A DNA stretch of 64,000 nucleotides from Botryllus schlosseri. Its lineage: Eukaryota. Both the position numbers and the translations under genes were made by a program. Each line of letters opens with the position of its first letter. The stretch's first letter is position 1. Under the pieces are notes generated by a model. That model ran no database searches. It had not been told where the DNA came from and saw only the letters and a program-made list of their open reading frames with translations. Below are positions 60,601 through 64,000 of the stretch, in pieces. The stretch spans positions 7,130,001 through 7,194,000 of the forward strand of contig CM119378.1 of the NCBI GenBank assembly GCA_051294905.1, given 5' to 3'.

Positions 60601-61638
60601 GATGATTGGTAGATACTGGATAGTGTAATTTGTCAATACTGTGGCACACTTGACTAAAACTTTGACAGAATAGAGATATGTTCCAGTAAATTCAACGAAC
60701 TTTCTCATTTATTTGATAGTAGTGCAATATTATAATAGCACATCTGGTAGGATGAACAAATAGCATTGTATATAAATAAGCCACGCAAGATCTTGTGCGC
60801 CTCTTGTTCATTCAAGAACATCACTCATGAAAATTGTAAGCTAATAAATAAAAATCAATAATAGCCTACCACTAGTAGCCTACTATAGTAGTACTAGTAC
60901 TAGTAGTAATGTATAACTAAGAAAAAGAGGAGCTAAGTACAATGCCAAATGCGCACAATTCACAAGATATGTCATGCGAAGGGCAAGTTTTTGTTGCAGT
61001 CAAATCAGTGAAAGTTGCATTTATTTTTCAAAGAAGTTGCACTAAAAAGTTGCATTTATGGACGAGTTCCTTGAAATTATTAGGGTATGAGATACTCCAA
61101 TCGATCCGTATGCAAGGCACTGTAGCAAAGCTCAGTGTTTGCGACTTCAAAACAATCAATAACCTGAAAAAATTGACCCAGTGAAAATTCGGCAGTCCAG
61201 CCTGAATGTAGACCTACGTGAAATCAGAAAGAACCTCAAATTTAAATGACAGTGAAATAATCAAGCGATCTATTTACATATAGTGCCAAATATTTTCAGT
61301 AAAATGTCAGTTGCATGACAAATGGAAAAAAATTACAAGAATTGCATGAAAAATCGAAAAAGTGAAAAAATGGAGAAAAGAATCCTTCAAACAGCTTAAA
61401 ACACCATAGAGCCTATTTAGGAATCTGCCGGAAGCTGTATAGAAAGTTGCCCTAGATAAGTCATTTGCACAAATAACAGTAGTTGAATACCTGCTTCGAG
61501 AGATTTTTTGAGATTCTCATCAACGACATTAGCGGTTGTGTCTCCGTCTGCAAGATAGTTGGAACCACTGCCACCGGCAGAGGATGGCGTGCTGTCAGGG
61601 TCAAGTCCGAAGTCGACAAGGTTCCCAACAGTTGACAT
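48653..61638 (-). CDS. ARHGAP1: Rho GTPase-activating protein 1/8 family (BCH/CRAL-TRIO + RhoGAP), 11 exons, about 447 aa
   Basis: Exons 61491-61638 (first coding exon inferred from phase fit; less certain), 56671-56780, 56520-56614, 55420-55551, 55093-55278, 54530-54646, 52723-52796, 52578-52663, 52264-52375, 49913-50100, 48653-48748 (1344 nt, in frame, ends TAG). BCH motifs [23 protein letters not shown] and [14 protein letters not shown]; RhoGAP motifs QQFGVSL, GIFRRSA (arginine finger), [23 protein letters not shown]. Confidence 0.92.
48798..49709. mobile_element. Non-autonomous hAT element with dense GACTT/GACTCGAGTC arrays, 912 bp, in last ARHGAP intron
   Basis: Perfect 12-bp TIR CAGTGTTGGGAT / ATCCCAACACTG; perfect 8-bp TSD GTAAATGG (48790-48797 and 49710-49717). 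Confidence 0.95.
50376..51569. mobile_element. Non-autonomous hAT-like element with ATCCCGGGAT arrays, 1194 bp, containing a nested CAGGGGTT element (about 50687-51418)
   Basis: TIR TAGCGTTGGGAC / GTCCCAACCCTA; TSD GTTTCATC / GTTTCAAC. The inner element has GAGCCGC subterminal repeats at both ends. Confidence 0.85.
52987..53550. mobile_element. Non-autonomous hAT-Charlie-like element with GGCCCG repeats, 564 bp
   Basis: TIR CAGGGACGTCAAAC / GTTTGACACCCCTG; perfect 8-bp TSD GTTTAGCT (52979-52986 and 53551-53558). Confidence 0.92.
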
Positions 61639-63039
61639 ATTGCATTTATTAGTGATAGTGCAAAAGCTAATAGCAACAAAACTACAAAAATGTTCAAATT
61701 GCAATCAACACTTTGAAATGGTAATAAACAATTTCCTTATATTGGCTGTGGCCTACTGTAATGGCACTAACAATATGCTACCGAATAACAAGAGTCTATT
61801 GTTTGAGCATCTAACAAGCAAAATTATCAGAAAATTCAAGTAGACAATGCCATCGGAGTATTGTGCCAGATAGATACAACACAAGGTTTTACTTCTCCCC
61901 GCAACATTCAACAGCAGGCAATTGAAGCATTGTAGGGCACTTCTCTGTTCAAATGCACTATAGATGGTAATGGCAAACACGAATATGGCAGACTGGGCTA
62001 ATAATAATTGTAAGTTCACGTAGTATTGAATAATTCTTTACATTTTACTTATCTCTGAAGATATTTGACTTGCTCTTGACATACAAGCACAGTATGACAG
62101 TCAGTAAGCAAAACTGCAAAAGTATGGTACATTGTAGTCACTCTTCAGCACATAGTGATCGTAACTCTATCCTCTCCAAGTTCGCTGACAGTCTGTATTA
62201 ATAGGCCCTCGGTACTCGATGCCTATGTTAACTAATGACAACAGACTAACGACATTCTCAGTACGGTACTCAGTACCACATTCTATGCGATACCGTAGTA
62301 TTATAGAGTATAGAGTCATACTCTATAGTAGAATCCATTGCACAAAAGAACGAAAACGAACAGAGAGAAAACAGAGAAAGCGAAATCGATGATTGATACG
62401 CGCTAACTACGAAGTACGACCGGAGCGAACCTGTGAAAGCAGAAGGATTTTTAATTTACTATTACCTCCGTACGCTATTCCTACCTGCCCTGTAGCTGCA
62501 CTCAACTCGTCTTGAGTGTAGCTGCTGTATATAGCTGTGCCAACAATCAAGGTTCACACAGCTCTCAAAAGTTGACGTCGCTAGTGGGCGACGTTACTTT
62601 GAAAGTCAAAATTCAGAGATGAACGGATGTATCACCTTCAACCCTTTCTTCAATAACATAGGTCGATATGATTTTTGTTTTCTGGCCAAAATGATGACTA
62701 TTAAGTCAATCTTCGTACGCTGATTACGAATATGAAGTCGCTTTTTTTCTCACACGTCAAGATTTTTTATAATCTGCGATTTAAAATTTTGCATTTTAGT
62801 GCTAAAAACAGCCTGTTCTGTGACGTATTCCTTGCTGTTTGGTTATAGCTATCACTATTGTGACGTCATCAGATGTGGTCAAAGTACATACCATAGGTAC
62901 TCAGGTAGAAGTAGAAGCAACGGCATCAATTTCTACTCAAGTAGAAGTAAAAGTAACTTTATATAGGTATGTAAAAAAGTCATAATCTAGACCTATCTTT
63001 TGATATCAGTATCAATTTAATAATATTTTCTTCCTTTCA

Positions 63040-63930
63040 AAACATCACAAGGCTGCGATACAATGAATAGATAGGAAGGCGTCGAAACGACTTGGAGTAG
63101 TCTTTGAAATCAGACATCAGAAAACTGAAATCAGAACTGGGCTTCGGCGATGTAAAGAAGAGGCATGCACCGCACAGCACAATGAATGAATAATAAAACG
63201 ACATTGAGGCTGTGAAGCATTTGAAAACAAAAATATTTACCATTTGGTGTGCCAATGTGGTTTGGAGAGAGCCACATGGACATGGAAAAGATTGTTACTT
63301 TTGCTCATGTGCTTTTATTTATTTAATGTCAAAATCAGCATAAAATTCAATATCCAATTTGACTTGCGCAATACGACCGATTTCTCATGGGCCAGATATT
63401 TCGATTCAAAAGTTTTACCAGCAGTTGAAGAAGATTCTCTCGGTGAAGAGTCTTTGTCTGAAGAATGCTCTCAGCATGTGTGTGATGATGATCAGCAGCT
63501 TTATAAAGTTGAATCAGGCTGAACTAAATAACTGTATTATAAATTTGAATTTGCCAAATGAATCTGTACTTATTGTTGGTTCCAGGTTGAAAGCCAAACC
63601 TATAGTCTACTTGGCACTGATGCCACTTTTCCTTGGTATATGCATCGTGAATCGTGATAGTGAATACACACTCTTCTTTGCCGGTGAACCCTCTTTAGTC
63701 TATTGTGTCGATGATCAAGGTCTCATAGAAACATTGGGAACCGTGAATTGCGCCTCTATATTTATGCATCAAGCCTAAAAGCTGTTTTGTCGCACAATTC
63801 AAATCAATGTGCTTCTTTACTTGTAGCTGGTACAACTGGCATCAAGGGGTCTTGCGAGAATATGAAGCTTTTGATTTCAAATTTGGAATATAGTACTCAA
63901 ACTACTCAAATGTGTAGTTTCCGTTGATTT
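63040..63930 (+). pseudogene. Decayed Chapaev3-like (CMC superfamily) DNA transposase remnant
   Basis: Frameshifted fragments match motifs I recall for Chapaev3 transposases: GD..K.HAPH (about 63143), LPFGVPM/VWREPHGHGKDCYFC (63238-63305), IQYP/LTCAIRPISHGPD, FIKLNQAELN...LNLPNES..IVGSRLK, FF...SLVYCVD..GL, LRLYIYAS/SLKAVLSHNSN...ENMKLLISNLEY (63748-63895). The conserved catalytic D of WRLFIDSS appears mutated. The family name rests on recalled motifs and needs a Repbase/Dfam check. Confidence 0.72.
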
Positions 63931-63968
63931 TGAACTCATAAATATGGTACTGGTTCAACGGTCTAGAA

Positions 63969-64000
63969 CAGGGGTGGGCAAACTTTTGAGCTCTCGGGCC
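63969..64000. mobile_element. Left end of a hAT-Charlie-like element (runs off window)
   Basis: CAGGGGTGGGCAAACTTTT preceded by GTCTAGAA, which fits the NTCTAGAN target preference of Charlie elements. Confidence 0.7.

Noticed and set aside
60022-60708. Overlapping roughly 100-aa ORFs on both strands in ARHGAP intron 1
   Set aside because: No homology recognised in any of the frames examined; consistent with chance ORFs.
1-64000. rRNA genes, snRNA/snoRNA, prokaryotic operons, defence systems
   Set aside because: None recognisable. The window is spliced eukaryotic sequence; small ncRNAs cannot be excluded without a covariance-model search (Infernal/Rfam).

Overview
AT-rich eukaryotic (metazoan) genomic DNA, not prokaryotic. 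Deuterostome-like proteins, CpG-rich exons, 56-65 nt minimal introns and MITE-filled larger introns suggest an invertebrate chordate such as an ascidian (inference). I reconstructed seven protein-coding genes by hand, all on the minus strand. From right to left they are: an 11-exon ARHGAP1/8-type RhoGAP (BCH/CRAL-TRIO + RhoGAP), a tandem trio of intronless MARVEL-domain (CMTM/plasmolipin-like) genes, a completely intronless PRPF40A (WW+FF), a 16-exon SLC4A1AP/kanadaptin, and a multi-exon RGS22/RGSL1-family gene that runs off the left edge. Introns and spacers hold many non-autonomous DNA transposons (hAT-like with 8-bp TSDs, one Kolobok-like, a foldback family), an RTE LINE 3' fragment, SINE-like pieces and a decayed Chapaev3-like transposase. 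The most interesting points are the run of four intronless CDSs among intron-rich genes, the co-orientation with 3' splice acceptors just before most start codons (possible SL trans-splicing or operon), transposon termini that appear to supply branch points, an exon bracketed by correctly oriented inverted-repeat arms, and a PY-motif repeat expansion in one MARVEL paralog. All exon models come from manual phase-checking; no database search was run.
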